In this document: positions 29,404 to 39,225 of the stretch, piece after piece
Numbering within the stretch: position 1 is the first letter of the stretch
Layout: each line of letters starts with the position of its first letter
Assembly (NCBI GenBank): GCA_046595995.1
Contig: JBKJNB010000116.1
Coordinates: forward strand, 44,744-108,743
Length of the DNA stretch: 64,000 nucleotides
Direction: 5' to 3'
Source of the DNA: Candidatus Kapaibacteriota bacterium
GTDB lineage: Bacteria; Bacteroidota; Ignavibacteria; Kapaibacteriales; Kapaibacteriaceae
Translations under genes and position numbers: made by a program
Notes under the pieces: model-generated
Databases searched by the model: none
What the model saw: the letters and a program-made list of their open reading frames with translations, nothing else
Told to the model about the DNA's origin: nothing

Positions 29404-30294
29404 TCAGACGTGACGTTCAGCGTGGTAGGAACTGCGGACCAGAGGGCCGGACTCAACAATACCGAAGCCCATGGCTAGCCCAACCGTTTCGTAATGCTTA
29501 AACTCATCTGGGTGGACAAATCGATCGACTGGAAGGTGATTTTTGGTTGGCTGCAGATACTGGCCAAGCGTGAGGACGTCAACATGAACACTACGAAGGT
29601 CACGCATGACTGCCAATACTTCATCGGGTTGCTCACCAAGCCCCAGCATAACGCCAGTCTTCGTTCTCATGCCACAACGCTTTGCTTCGGCCAGTAGGTC
29701 GAGCGACCACTGGTAACGGCCTTGGGGACGTACACGTTTGTATAAGCGCGGAACGGTTTCGGTGTTGTGGTTGAGCACGTCTGGGCGTGCATCGATGATT
29801 CGATGTAGGTTCTGCATGTTGCCCTTGAAGTCGGGAACAAGAACTTCGATGGTTGTATTCGGGCTGGCGGATCGCACCTCGGCAATTGTCTGTGCCCATA
29901 TCTCCGAGCCACCATCTTTTAGCTCGTCGCGATTCACTGATGTTATAACGGCGTGTTTGAGGCCCATTGCCTGAACGGCTTCTCCGACACGGCGGGGCTC
30001 ATCAAGGTCAACAGCCAGAGGACGTCCCGTCTTCACTGCACAGAATCCACACGATCGTGTACACGTGTCACCGTGAATCATGAATGTTGCCGTGCCCGCG
30101 TTCCAACACTCACTAATGTTCGGGCAACGAGCTTCCTCGCACACAGTGTGAAGCGCTTTGCTCCTCATCATGGTTTTAAGGCGTGCGTAATCTTCGCCAC
30201 CCGGGGCTTTAACCTTCAGCCACTCGGGGCGGCGCGGCTCAGCGCCGGGCGAGGTGAGAACTGGCAGTTCAATGATCGTAGTGGTGGGTTTCAT
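29404..30294 (-). CDS. lipA: Lipoyl synthase
   Basis: CEEARCPNISECW plus the radical-SAM cluster CTRSCGFCAV. Confidence 0.9.
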   Translation of the reverse strand: MKPTTTIIELPVLTSPGAEPRRPEWLKVKAPGGEDYARLKTMMRSKALHTVCEEARCPNISECWNAGTATFMIHGDTCTRSCGFCAVKTGRPLAVDLDEPRRVGEAVQAMGLKHAVITSVNRDELKDGGSEIWAQTIAEVRSASPNTTIEVLVPDFKGNMQNLHRIIDARPDVLNHNTETVPRLYKRVRPQGRYQWSLDLLAEAKRCGMRTKTGVMLGLGEQPDEVLAVMRDLRSVHVDVLTLGQYLQPTKNHLPVDRFVHPDEFKHYETVGLAMGFGIVESGPLVRSSYHAERHV

Positions 30295-30797
30295 TCAAGG
30301 AGAGCCGGATATAGCTTCTTAACAATAACAGGAATTGCTTCCATGTACGTAGTAGGCGTTTTATAAATATCCTTAGCAAAGCAGGTATCGTGAGGCATGC
30401 GTGTGTACATATCGTATACGTATGCATTCATCAATACGCGGTCTCCACGAAGGAAATAATTACCCTGCACTACCATCACTGCACGCAAGCCCTTCACTGC
30501 CTTCCAAACATCAGACTGGTACTGGGGATTAGTAGGATCGAGATTGAGTTCGCTAATGGCCATTTCTACTGAGTCGTGCGGTACAATCACAAACTTCGTT
30601 TGTGAAGGATCGGTACCCATGATAGCCTTCGTGAGCGAATCTGATAATTGCATCGACCATGCGTTGTATCTGATTTCACCGTCCATATTTCGAAACGGCA
30701 GCACGACGACACGTGTCTGGGCGACACCTGCCACAGCAGCGAATAACATCAAGACGGCACACAGGCTTAGCATCTGAAATGGACGAGGCATAGTCAC
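30291..30797 (-). CDS. Hypothetical secreted protein (168 aa)
   Basis: N-terminal signal peptide MLSLCAVLMLFAAVAGVAQT, coupled to lipA by an ATGA overlap. No recognisable domain. Confidence 0.55.
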   Translation of the reverse strand: MTMPRPFQMLSLCAVLMLFAAVAGVAQTRVVVLPFRNMDGEIRYNAWSMQLSDSLTKAIMGTDPSQTKFVIVPHDSVEMAISELNLDPTNPQYQSDVWKAVKGLRAVMVVQGNYFLRGDRVLMNAYVYDMYTRMPHDTCFAKDIYKTPTTYMEAIPVIVKKLYPALLE

Positions 30798-31126
30798 TCC
30801 GGCGATGAGTCGTTCGCCAATCGTTGTTTCATCCCATAGAGGATGAGTTTTAACGCTTTAATCTTTTCGAGAAGACCGTCCCAATTCTCAGCTTGTGCTT
30901 CGTGCATTATCTCCTTGCCTAACAAGGACAGGTCTTTGAAGCCGAACTGAAGAAAGGAACCCTTTATTGTGTGACCAAGACGGTTCAACTCTTCAACATT
31001 GTGTCGCTCGAGCATTGCATCGAACGGTTCGTGTAAATCGACAAGCCATTGCTCGACGAATTCCGGAAGGAATTCAACGAGCACGGGGTCGGTTGGCCAC
31101 TGGTCGGGCACTGAATAGGAATGCAT
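30794..31126 (-). CDS. Histidine phosphotransfer (Hpt) domain protein, stand-alone
   Basis: Hpt motif RLGHTIKGSFLQFG. The start was trimmed to the Met at 31126 because the longer ORF (to 31195) would overlap the RNase P RNA. Confidence 0.6.
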   Translation of the reverse strand: MHSYSVPDQWPTDPVLVEFLPEFVEQWLVDLHEPFDAMLERHNVEELNRLGHTIKGSFLQFGFKDLSLLGKEIMHEAQAENWDGLLEKIKALKLILYGMKQRLANDSSPE

Positions 31127-31553
31127 GACGCGATCGGAAACGGAAGGCTCCTGTAAGCCGAATTCTGTCTTCCCGACAAGCGGGGAGGCAGTCATTTATC
31201 TGGGACCGTCGTTGCCGACGGCCTCAAGCGATCTACCCGAACCAGGTGGCCGAAACCGGAATGAGAACGACACTCCAGCGCCGAAGCGCTCCTGGTTCTG
31301 CTTGATCTTGCTCCGCACGGGGTTTGCCAAGCCGACTGGTCACCCAGCCGCTGGTAGGCTCTTACCCCACCGTTTCACCCTTACCGCACTTACGTTCGGC
31401 GGTTTGTTTTCTGTTGCACTTTCCGTCGACTCCGGCTTTCGCCGTCATCGCCTTTCCGTTAGAAAGCGTGCTGTTCTGTAGAGTTCGGACTTTCCTCTTG
31501 CAGAGTAAACTCTACAAGCGACTGCCCGTCACCCCCAATTGTCCGACCGCGTC
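31127..31553 (-). ncRNA. rnpB: RNase P RNA, bacterial type A (ribozyme subunit)
   Basis: The minus strand reads ...AGGAAAGTCCGAAC (P4 with the bulged U), AGTGCAACAGAAAACAAACCGCC, GGTAAGGGTGAAACGGTGGGGTAAGAGCCTACC, GGCTGG...AAACCCC..GGAGCAAG, and ...ACAGAATTCGGCTTA (the P4 3' strand). A P1 candidate GACGCGGTCGG / CCGATCGCGTC sets the ends. Synteny Nif3 – COG1579 – rnpB is conserved. Boundaries are good to about +/-15 nt. Confidence 0.82.
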
Positions 31554-32292
31554 AAACGTTCCCTTCAACTACAGCGGTTACGTCCACGGCAATATCCTCA
31601 CTATAGAGAATGCGACCGCAGTTTTCGCAGGTGTAGATTTTTTCCCGATTGTATTTCATTTCCATGATGCGCTGTGACGGAATAGCGGAATAACATCCCG
31701 AGCAACTGTTTTTGCGCAGAGGTACGACGGCTTCGCGATGGAACGTACGTATGCGTTCGTATTCAATTTCAAGTGAGCTCTCGATTTGAGGAACGAGCTT
31801 ACGACGGATTGCGATATACTTCTTCAGTTCATCGTTTTGGTCTCCCGACAACTCTTCGAGTTCCTTCTCTTTTTCGGTAAGCACTTCCTTTGCTTCGTCG
31901 AGCTCACGCTGCTGTTGCTCAAGCGTTGCCCGCAGGTTTTCTTCACGTACGTGTCCGGTTCTCAGCGCCTCCTCAAGATCTGCGCGCTTAACCTTACTGC
32001 CTTCCATCTCTTTTGTTATAGCATCGAATTCCCGATTGTTCTTCACCTGGAATTGTTGCTCGGCCAGGCGCGCTTCTTTGTCCTGAAGCTCCTGCATCGT
32101 TACGTGAGCAGTGCCCCGAAGGTGTTCTAGATCGCGCAGTGCCTGCTGTGTTGCTTCGGCAACTTGCAGGCGTTCGCGTACGATCGTCTCGTGGCGCTTG
32201 ACAATCGCTGGCAGGTCACCGAGGTCATCGTGCAAATCGTCGAGCTGCGCATCTACAGCTGACAGCTGTGCCAAAAGGGAAATTTGTTGCAT
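31552..32292 (-). CDS. Zinc-ribbon / coiled-coil protein (COG1579/DUF164 family)
   Basis: Long coiled coil followed by a C-terminal C4 zinc ribbon (CSGCYSAIP...CENCGRILY). This family typically sits between Nif3 and rnpB. Confidence 0.8.
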   Translation of the reverse strand: MQQISLLAQLSAVDAQLDDLHDDLGDLPAIVKRHETIVRERLQVAEATQQALRDLEHLRGTAHVTMQELQDKEARLAEQQFQVKNNREFDAITKEMEGSKVKRADLEEALRTGHVREENLRATLEQQQRELDEAKEVLTEKEKELEELSGDQNDELKKYIAIRRKLVPQIESSLEIEYERIRTFHREAVVPLRKNSCSGCYSAIPSQRIMEMKYNREKIYTCENCGRILYSEDIAVDVTAVVEGNV

Positions 32293-32300
32293 GACGCGTC

Positions 32301-33104
32301 CTACTGAGTAAATGAATGCGTAAGGGAATGGATGCGCTCGGGTACTGACCAGCGCGCGGGATTGGTGACGACGCTCGTTGCGCGCATCTTGGCATCGCCA
32401 AACAGATGCGGTCGAATAGCATGCACCAGACCTTCAGGAACGAATTGCTCCATCTCGTAATGACCGGGATCGGCAAGACCTATAACACCGTCGGCACCGT
32501 GAAACGCGTGGTACTTGACGTCCGCCGTAATAAAGACATCGACAGAGCTCTGTAGAGCCCTATTGAACAAAGACATACCGCTGCCGCCTACGAGGGCAAC
32601 ACGGTTCACTACCTCCGTTGGCGGTGCGACGTAACGCACGGGTCCGCCACACACATCGGCTAGATGCTTGACAAACGTGGCGAAGGGTATTGCCTGCGCT
32701 GTCGCAATCAATCCCATACCCGATACGTCGAGTGACGCTACCGGGCTAAGACCTAGACGGAGAGCAAGCACATGATTCGTACCCTGAGGAAAAACGTCAA
32801 ACCAAGTATGTACGCATATCAGCCCAATGTCTCGCTCTATCAGTGCACACAGGAGTCGTCCGACACGGTCGTTGCGATCCAGACGCGTCAGAGGAGCGTA
32901 GATAAGCGGATGGAACGTCAATATGACGTCGCAGTCGATTTCGTCAGCTTCTTGAAGGACAGCATCGGTCACTTCGAGACATACCAGAACATTACGAGCG
33001 GTACCACGACGTGAAGCAACCTGCATTCCGATGTTGTCACCAGGCAACGCTGTCGCTGGGGGCAGCACAAAGTCAACGACGCGGTGAAATTCGCTCAACT
33101 GCAT
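32301..33104 (-). CDS. Nif3-like dinuclear metal centre protein (GTP cyclohydrolase 1 type 2 family)
   Basis: About 267 aa with Nif3 features (HTWFDV, GGSG, ADVKYH). Confidence 0.8.
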   Translation of the reverse strand: MQLSEFHRVVDFVLPPATALPGDNIGMQVASRRGTARNVLVCLEVTDAVLQEADEIDCDVILTFHPLIYAPLTRLDRNDRVGRLLCALIERDIGLICVHTWFDVFPQGTNHVLALRLGLSPVASLDVSGMGLIATAQAIPFATFVKHLADVCGGPVRYVAPPTEVVNRVALVGGSGMSLFNRALQSSVDVFITADVKYHAFHGADGVIGLADPGHYEMEQFVPEGLVHAIRPHLFGDAKMRATSVVTNPARWSVPERIHSLTHSFTQ

Positions 33105-33183
33105 AGGACGACTAAACTACGGAACCCATGGGTATTTACCTTGTTATCCACACGCACGCTCGCGTAACTACGATCTTCATGAG

Positions 33184-33930
33184 ATGACTATTTTAGAGCA
33201 AGTGCAAAATGTCCGCCACCTATATCGCCTCTTTTTCGCCGCTATGCTGTTCGTTGCTACAACATCATTGCAGGCGCAGATTACGGGCGAAGAACCAACG
33301 ACGACGGACAGCGTCATGGTTTTCGAACCTGCAGAACCACTCATCGGCGGCATCGACCTTGATGCACCAGCCAAGCGTGGCATCGGTCTCGATCTACTGT
33401 TTTCAGCAAGTGGTTGGGGTATTGGCGGCTTCATTCAACAAGAGCTCACGACCAACCTAAGTGGCTTCTTGCATCTCGGCATATCGGGGCGCCGCAACAC
33501 GGATGAATTTGAGAATGCCTTTCTTGGTCCAATTCCCGTTGTATCGAATAAAGTAAACCGATTGTTTATGATACCGTTTACAATCGGTGCTCAGTACCGA
33601 GTGTTTCGCGATGCCTTACAGGAGACGTTCAGGCCGTTTGTCAGCTTGGGTGTTACTCCCACGTACATCATGTCTACGCCGTACATACGCGATGGACAGT
33701 ACTACGATTTCTTCGCCGCATTTGGTCACGCGACGAGCTACGTCCGCCTTGGCGGCGTCATTGGCGTGGGTTCGTTCTTTGGCAGTCCGGCGACCGGCAG
33801 TCTCATTGGCGTTCAATTGCGATACTTCGCAATACCATTTGGTGGTAGCGGTATCGAGAGCGTTCGCAACAATCCCGTCCGAGATTTCGGCGGCATCTTC
33901 CTGTCGCTGACCATCGGCCATGCATATTGA
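33184..33930 (+). CDS. Hypothetical secreted protein, possible outer-membrane beta-barrel
   Basis: Signal peptide (MLFVATTSLQAQ) and alternating amphipathic beta-strand-like segments rich in G, Y and F. No recognised motif. Confidence 0.5.
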   Translation: MTILEQVQNVRHLYRLFFAAMLFVATTSLQAQITGEEPTTTDSVMVFEPAEPLIGGIDLDAPAKRGIGLDLLFSASGWGIGGFIQQELTTNLSGFLHLGISGRRNTDEFENAFLGPIPVVSNKVNRLFMIPFTIGAQYRVFRDALQETFRPFVSLGVTPTYIMSTPYIRDGQYYDFFAAFGHATSYVRLGGVIGVGSFFGSPATGSLIGVQLRYFAIPFGGSGIESVRNNPVRDFGGIFLSLTIGHAY

Positions 33931-34618
33931 AATTGAACCGATTGGTGTCATGCGGACATCATTTCGGTCGAAGTACGATGCTCCTCGTCAGCCCGGCCTT
34001 TATGAAAGTGCGCCTGAGGCTTTTGTCGACTTACACCCTCACAAGAACTTCGAACAAGCGCTTCATGACCTAGGCGGCTTCGAGCGAATATGGATACTGT
34101 CATGGTTCGATCAGGTATCGGGCTGGAAGCCCAAGGTGCTTCCTCCGAGGAGCTATGGTAAGCGCGGTGTCTTCGCAACGCGGTCCCCCCATCGGCCAAA
34201 TCCAATTGGGTTAAGTGTAGCACGACTGCTGGAGGTAGCCGGGCGCCGGTTGATTATTGCGGATACCGATTTACTAGATGGTACTCCAGTGCTTGACATT
34301 AAGCCATATGTGCCTTATGCCGATGCATTCCCGGATAGCGTCGCAGGGTGGCTGACCTCAGACATTCGCAATACGATATACACGATAACGTATGAACCCG
34401 ATGCATTCAGAGACATACCTGTTGAGAGCGTGGAGCGGCTACAACTACACGTAGAGCGCATCCTCGGACTCGATCCGATGCCGCACCCATATCGAAGAAC
34501 GCGAAAGCTAAAGGACAACACGTACGTGCTTGCAGTGCGTCAGATTAGAGTTTACTACACTGTCATCGACAATGTCATATCTGTCACCGCAGTGGTAGAC
34601 CTGACGTCCACGCCGTAA
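33920..34618 (+). CDS. tRNA (t6A37) methyltransferase TrmO/TsaA (YaeB family)
   Basis: [22 protein letters not shown]...[19 protein letters not shown] is the TsaA-like beta-barrel signature. Confidence 0.8.
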   Translation: MHIEIEPIGVMRTSFRSKYDAPRQPGLYESAPEAFVDLHPHKNFEQALHDLGGFERIWILSWFDQVSGWKPKVLPPRSYGKRGVFATRSPHRPNPIGLSVARLLEVAGRRLIIADTDLLDGTPVLDIKPYVPYADAFPDSVAGWLTSDIRNTIYTITYEPDAFRDIPVESVERLQLHVERILGLDPMPHPYRRTRKLKDNTYVLAVRQIRVYYTVIDNVISVTAVVDLTSTP

Positions 34619-34652
34619 GTTTGTCGCAGTACAGCACCAGCAGCACATCTAC

Positions 34653-37600
34653 ATGACCGACATACGCTCGCTCTTACAGCGACGAATATTATTGCTCGAC
34701 GGCGCAATGGCGACGATGATCCAGCGCTTGAACCTCACGGAAGAAGACTTTCGAGGCCGTCGATTTACAAATCACAGCTTGTCCCTAAAGGGCAACAACG
34801 ACTTGCTCGTGCTCACGCAGCCCGATGCAATTCGTTCCATTCATACTGCCTATCTCGAAGCCGGCTCCGACATTGTCGAAACGAACACGTTTAATAGCAC
34901 AAGCATAGCGCAGGCAGATTATGCCATGGAGCATGTAGTCCGCGAATTGAATCGCGAAGCAGCGCGACTCGCGCGCGAGGCCGCTGATGCCATGACCATA
35001 AAGACCCCTGGCAAGCCCCGTTTCGTAGCCGGCGCAATGGGTCCGATGAACAAGAGTTTGTCGCTGTCGCCTGACGTAAATGACCCTGGTTTCCGCGCTG
35101 CTACATTTGCGCAGGTACGCGATGCATACAAAGAACAGATAATGGGTCTGGTCGAAGGGGGCATCGATTTGCTGCTTATTGAAACGGTCTTTGATACGCT
35201 AAATGCAAAGGCAGCAATCAAAGCCATCGCAGAGTTGGCCGCGGGTGATGAGAACGGGCTTCCCGATACCGCGACGAGGGAGCGGTTGCAGAGTATGCCG
35301 ATAATGATTTCGGGAACGATTACCGATTTGTCCGGACGAACATTGTCAGGTCAAACGCCGGCTGCGTTTTGGATTTCACTGCAGCATACACCAAACCTTT
35401 TATCGTTTGGTTTGAATTGCGCACTTGGTTCTGCAATGATGCGTCCGTACATCGAAGAGGTCAGCACGGTTGCCACGGCTTTCGTTTCATTGTACCCCAA
35501 CGCAGGACTGCCGAACGCAATGGGTGGCTACGACGAAACGCCTGAGTATATGGCGGAACAGGCACGGATTTACGCTGAAGCAGGCTTCCTGAATATTGTT
35601 GGTGGCTGCTGTGGCACCACACCTGAACACATACGAGCAATGGCAGAAGCCGTACGGGCTGTGGCACCGCGCCGTATTCCTGAGCGACCAGCATATCTGC
35701 GCCTTTCGGGCCTCGAGCCCCTTGAACTACGTCCAGAGACCAACTTCGTAAACGTCGGCGAGCGCACGAACGTAACGGGCTCGCGTGCGTTTGCAAAACT
35801 TGTTCTGAACGACGATTACGAGAAGGCAGTAGACATCGCGCGACAGCAAGTTGAAAATGGTGCGCAGATCATCGACATAAATATGGACGAGGGAATGCTT
35901 GATGGAGTGAAGGCGATGCAGACCTTCATCAACCTCATTGCGTCTGAGCCTGACATCGCACGTGTGCCTTTCATGGTCGACTCGTCGAAGTGGTCTGTGC
36001 TTGAAGCTGGTCTCGCATGTATGCAAGGCAAGGGCATCGTGAATTCACTGTCGCTGAAGGATGGTGAAGATGAATTCAAACGACGAGCAACGATCTGTCG
36101 CGATTTCGGTGCTGCGATAATCGTTATGGCTTTCGATGAACAGGGTCAGGCAGACACATTCGAACGGCGTATTGAAATCTGCGAACGCGCGTATCGCATT
36201 CTAACAATCGATGTTGGTCTTTTGCCACAAGACATTGTCTTCGACCCAAACATTCTTACCGTTGCTACGGGCATGGACGAGCACAATGGTTATGCTGTAG
36301 ACTATCTGCGCACGGCGCATTGGATTAAAGCGAACCTGCCCCTTTGCAAAATCAGCGGCGGCGTATCGAACATTTCGTTTTCGTTCCGCGGCAACGAACC
36401 TGTGCGGCGTGCAATGCATACTGCCTTTCTTTACCATGCCATTCAGGCAGGTATGGATATGGGCATTGTGAATGCGGGGCAGATTGACGTTTACGATGAG
36501 ATTCCCAAAGACCTGCTTGAGCTTGTTGAAGATGTGCTTCTAAATCGACGACCGGACGCAACCGAACGCCTGGTGGCTGCTGCAGACTCCGTCAAGGCAA
36601 AGGAGTTAGATCCGGTTGCAATTCAGGCGTGGCGCAACGACCATGTCGATGAACGGTTGAAGCATGCGCTTGTGAAAGGCATAACCGAGTACATCGATGT
36701 TGATGTCGAAGAGGCACGTCACAACTACACGTCGCCACTGTCCATCATCGAAGGACCGTTGATGTCGGGCATGAATGAAGTCGGCGATTTGTTTGGTGCG
36801 GGTAAGATGTTTCTTCCTCAGGTTGTAAAGTCTGCGCGTGTGATGAAGAAAGCCGTTGCCTATCTGCTCCCGTACATGGAAGAAGAGAAACTCAGGAGTG
36901 GTACCGCGCGACAGCCCGTCGGCACAATCGTACTTGCAACGGTGAAAGGCGACGTACACGACATCGGAAAGAATATTGTTGGAGTCGTGCTTGCTTGTAA
37001 TAACTGGAGAGTTGTCGACCTTGGTGTGATGGTTTCTTCCGAGCGTATCCTCGATAGCGCCGTGGCCGAAGGGGCGGACATCATTGGGTTGTCGGGATTG
37101 ATCACCCCATCGCTTGATGAGATGGTGCATGTCGTTAAAGAACTGGAGCGTAGGGGCTTCACAACACCTGTGCTTATCGGCGGTGCAACAACATCGAAGA
37201 CACATACGGCTGTCAAGATCACACCGTCATACAACAGCGCCGTTCTGCATGTACTTGACGCTTCACGTGCCGTACCGGTGGCGAGTGCTCTGGTGCGCGA
37301 GAAGGGCAACCAAGTATATCTCGACGCCATCCGATCAGAATACAACGACGTCCGCCTAGAATACAGCCGACGCGCTGGTACGAAGGAGTACTTATCTCTC
37401 GACGACGCGAGAGCGAATCGCTTTGCACTATCGTTCATCGATACGTCAACCCCTGTAGAACCACGAACGATGGGTGTTACGGCGTTTGATACAGTTGATC
37501 TAGCTGTTCTGAGGCCGTTCATCGACTGGACGCCATTCTTCCAGGCTTGGGAGTTAAGAGGACGACATCCCGACATTTTCGACATCCCGGGTGTGGGCGT

Positions 37601-38363
37601 TGAGGCCCGAAAGTTATACGACGATGCCAATGCCTTGCTCGACACGATCATCGCAGACGGAAGTCTGCGCGCGCGCGCTGTATGCGGCTTGTTTCCAGCA
37701 GTTTCCGTATCCGATGACATCGAAGTGACCGTTGGAAGTGACGTCAAAACCCTCCATACCCTGCGTCAGCAGTCCAAGCGTGCCTCAGGCGTTCCGAATT
37801 TGGCACTGTCCGACTATCTCGCACCAAAAGCATCGAATATTCAAGACTATATGGGTGCATTTGTGGTCAGTGCAGGCGAAGGAGCAGACGCATTGTGTGC
37901 TCGATACGAATCTGAGAACGACGATTACAGTGCAATCATGGTGAAATCCATTGCAGACCGGCTAGCTGAGGCGTGCGCAGAGTGGCTGCATCAGAAGGTT
38001 CGTACGGACCTTTGGGGATATTCCAAAGACGAGTCGCCGCTTACATCTTCCGAACTCGCAGATGAACGCTATGTAGGTATACGGCCTGCCCCAGGCTATC
38101 CCGCTTGCCCTGACCATACAGAAAAATCTGAGCTCTTCGCGATGTTGGATGCGGAAAAAATGACGGGAGTATCGCTCACTGAAAGCCTGGCCATGTATCC
38201 TGCGGCAAGTGTCAGTGGCTGGTATTTCGCTCATCCCGACTCGAAATATTTCGCTGTAGGCAAGATTACGCAGGAGCAGGTTGCTGACTACGCACATCGA
38301 AAGGGTATGACAATCGACGAATGTGAGCGATGGCTCTCACCCATACTTGCTTATGACGCCTGA
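34653..38363 (+). CDS. metH: Cobalamin-dependent methionine synthase
   Basis: 1236 aa with Hcy, pterin, B12-binding ([11 protein letters not shown]) and AdoMet reactivation domains in canonical order. Confidence 0.95.
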   Translation: MTDIRSLLQRRILLLDGAMATMIQRLNLTEEDFRGRRFTNHSLSLKGNNDLLVLTQPDAIRSIHTAYLEAGSDIVETNTFNSTSIAQADYAMEHVVRELNREAARLAREAADAMTIKTPGKPRFVAGAMGPMNKSLSLSPDVNDPGFRAATFAQVRDAYKEQIMGLVEGGIDLLLIETVFDTLNAKAAIKAIAELAAGDENGLPDTATRERLQSMPIMISGTITDLSGRTLSGQTPAAFWISLQHTPNLLSFGLNCALGSAMMRPYIEEVSTVATAFVSLYPNAGLPNAMGGYDETPEYMAEQARIYAEAGFLNIVGGCCGTTPEHIRAMAEAVRAVAPRRIPERPAYLRLSGLEPLELRPETNFVNVGERTNVTGSRAFAKLVLNDDYEKAVDIARQQVENGAQIIDINMDEGMLDGVKAMQTFINLIASEPDIARVPFMVDSSKWSVLEAGLACMQGKGIVNSLSLKDGEDEFKRRATICRDFGAAIIVMAFDEQGQADTFERRIEICERAYRILTIDVGLLPQDIVFDPNILTVATGMDEHNGYAVDYLRTAHWIKANLPLCKISGGVSNISFSFRGNEPVRRAMHTAFLYHAIQAGMDMGIVNAGQIDVYDEIPKDLLELVEDVLLNRRPDATERLVAAADSVKAKELDPVAIQAWRNDHVDERLKHALVKGITEYIDVDVEEARHNYTSPLSIIEGPLMSGMNEVGDLFGAGKMFLPQVVKSARVMKKAVAYLLPYMEEEKLRSGTARQPVGTIVLATVKGDVHDIGKNIVGVVLACNNWRVVDLGVMVSSERILDSAVAEGADIIGLSGLITPSLDEMVHVVKELERRGFTTPVLIGGATTSKTHTAVKITPSYNSAVLHVLDASRAVPVASALVREKGNQVYLDAIRSEYNDVRLEYSRRAGTKEYLSLDDARANRFALSFIDTSTPVEPRTMGVTAFDTVDLAVLRPFIDWTPFFQAWELRGRHPDIFDIPGVGVEARKLYDDANALLDTIIADGSLRARAVCGLFPAVSVSDDIEVTVGSDVKTLHTLRQQSKRASGVPNLALSDYLAPKASNIQDYMGAFVVSAGEGADALCARYESENDDYSAIMVKSIADRLAEACAEWLHQKVRTDLWGYSKDESPLTSSELADERYVGIRPAPGYPACPDHTEKSELFAMLDAEKMTGVSLTESLAMYPAASVSGWYFAHPDSKYFAVGKITQEQVADYAHRKGMTIDECERWLSPILAYDA

Positions 38364-38994
38364 CGCAGCGGTCGCCATCAGGGCGCATGGTTTGAAGAAG
38401 CGCGTTGCCATTCTTGGCTCTGGCACTGGCTCCACGGCGCGTGCACTGATAGAAGGGGGCCTGCGGGAAGGGTCCACCTACAGCATCGAACTCATCATTT
38501 CTACGTCTGCCATTGCAGGAATAAATACGGTAGCTTCAGACTTAGCTGTAACACTTCGTATACTCGACCGATCCTTGACACCTTCAGCATGGAATGAGCG
38601 CATCGTCGACGAGATTGCAAATCAGCGAATTGACATCGTGGCCCTGGCCGGATTTATGCGGTTGCTCCCAGAAGCGGTGATCGAAGCCGTACAAGGCCGG
38701 GTTCTGAACATACATCCTGCACTGCTACCAAAGCACGGTGGCACTGGAATGTTTGGTCGGCGAGTGCACGAGGCAGTGATTCAATCGGGCGAACGACAAA
38801 CAGGTGCGACGGTTCACTTGGTGAATGAACGTTATGACGAGGGCCCAATTCTTGGCCAGACATTCTTGGATGTACGCGTCGGGGAGACCGCCGCGGAACT
38901 TGAGTTGAGAGTGAAAGCGGCAGAACGGATTCTGTACCCAAGTGTACTTGATACCTATGCAGCAGACGACTCATTTGATGTGGGTAACTGGTGA
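38353..38994 (+). CDS. purN: Phosphoribosylglycinamide formyltransferase
   Basis: [13 protein letters not shown] and [10 protein letters not shown] (formyltransferase motifs). Its start overlaps the metH stop. Confidence 0.85.
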   Translation: MTPDAAVAIRAHGLKKRVAILGSGTGSTARALIEGGLREGSTYSIELIISTSAIAGINTVASDLAVTLRILDRSLTPSAWNERIVDEIANQRIDIVALAGFMRLLPEAVIEAVQGRVLNIHPALLPKHGGTGMFGRRVHEAVIQSGERQTGATVHLVNERYDEGPILGQTFLDVRVGETAAELELRVKAAERILYPSVLDTYAADDSFDVGNW

Positions 38995-39225
38995 CGTTTC
39001 GATCGAAACTTTTAGGTGTGGCTACTGTTGTTATTAAGAGTCAGGATCACCGAATAAACCACTCGGTATTACGATTGAGTAAAAAAGTCTTGACTATGAG
39101 AGTCGAATTGGTGATTTTAAACGATGCTTCTCTGCGAAGAACTGGGCAAAACTGCGTCTAACGACGCCAAACAATAGCGAAAGAATCAAATTCATGTACT
39201 TGTTCACCGTATCTCCGAGGTTTTC

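Noticed and set aside
36860-37747. 295-aa minus-strand ORF (and 36606..37205)
   Set aside because: Antisense within metH, which is unambiguous. Low-complexity Ser/Thr/Ala translation with no motifs.
38995-39225. 232-bp region upstream of the giant T9SS gene containing TTGACT and tttaaa
   Set aside because: Plausible promoter or leader, but the spacing fits neither sigma-70 nor the Bacteroidota TTG/TAnnTTTG consensus well enough to call. No riboswitch-like conserved motif recognised.
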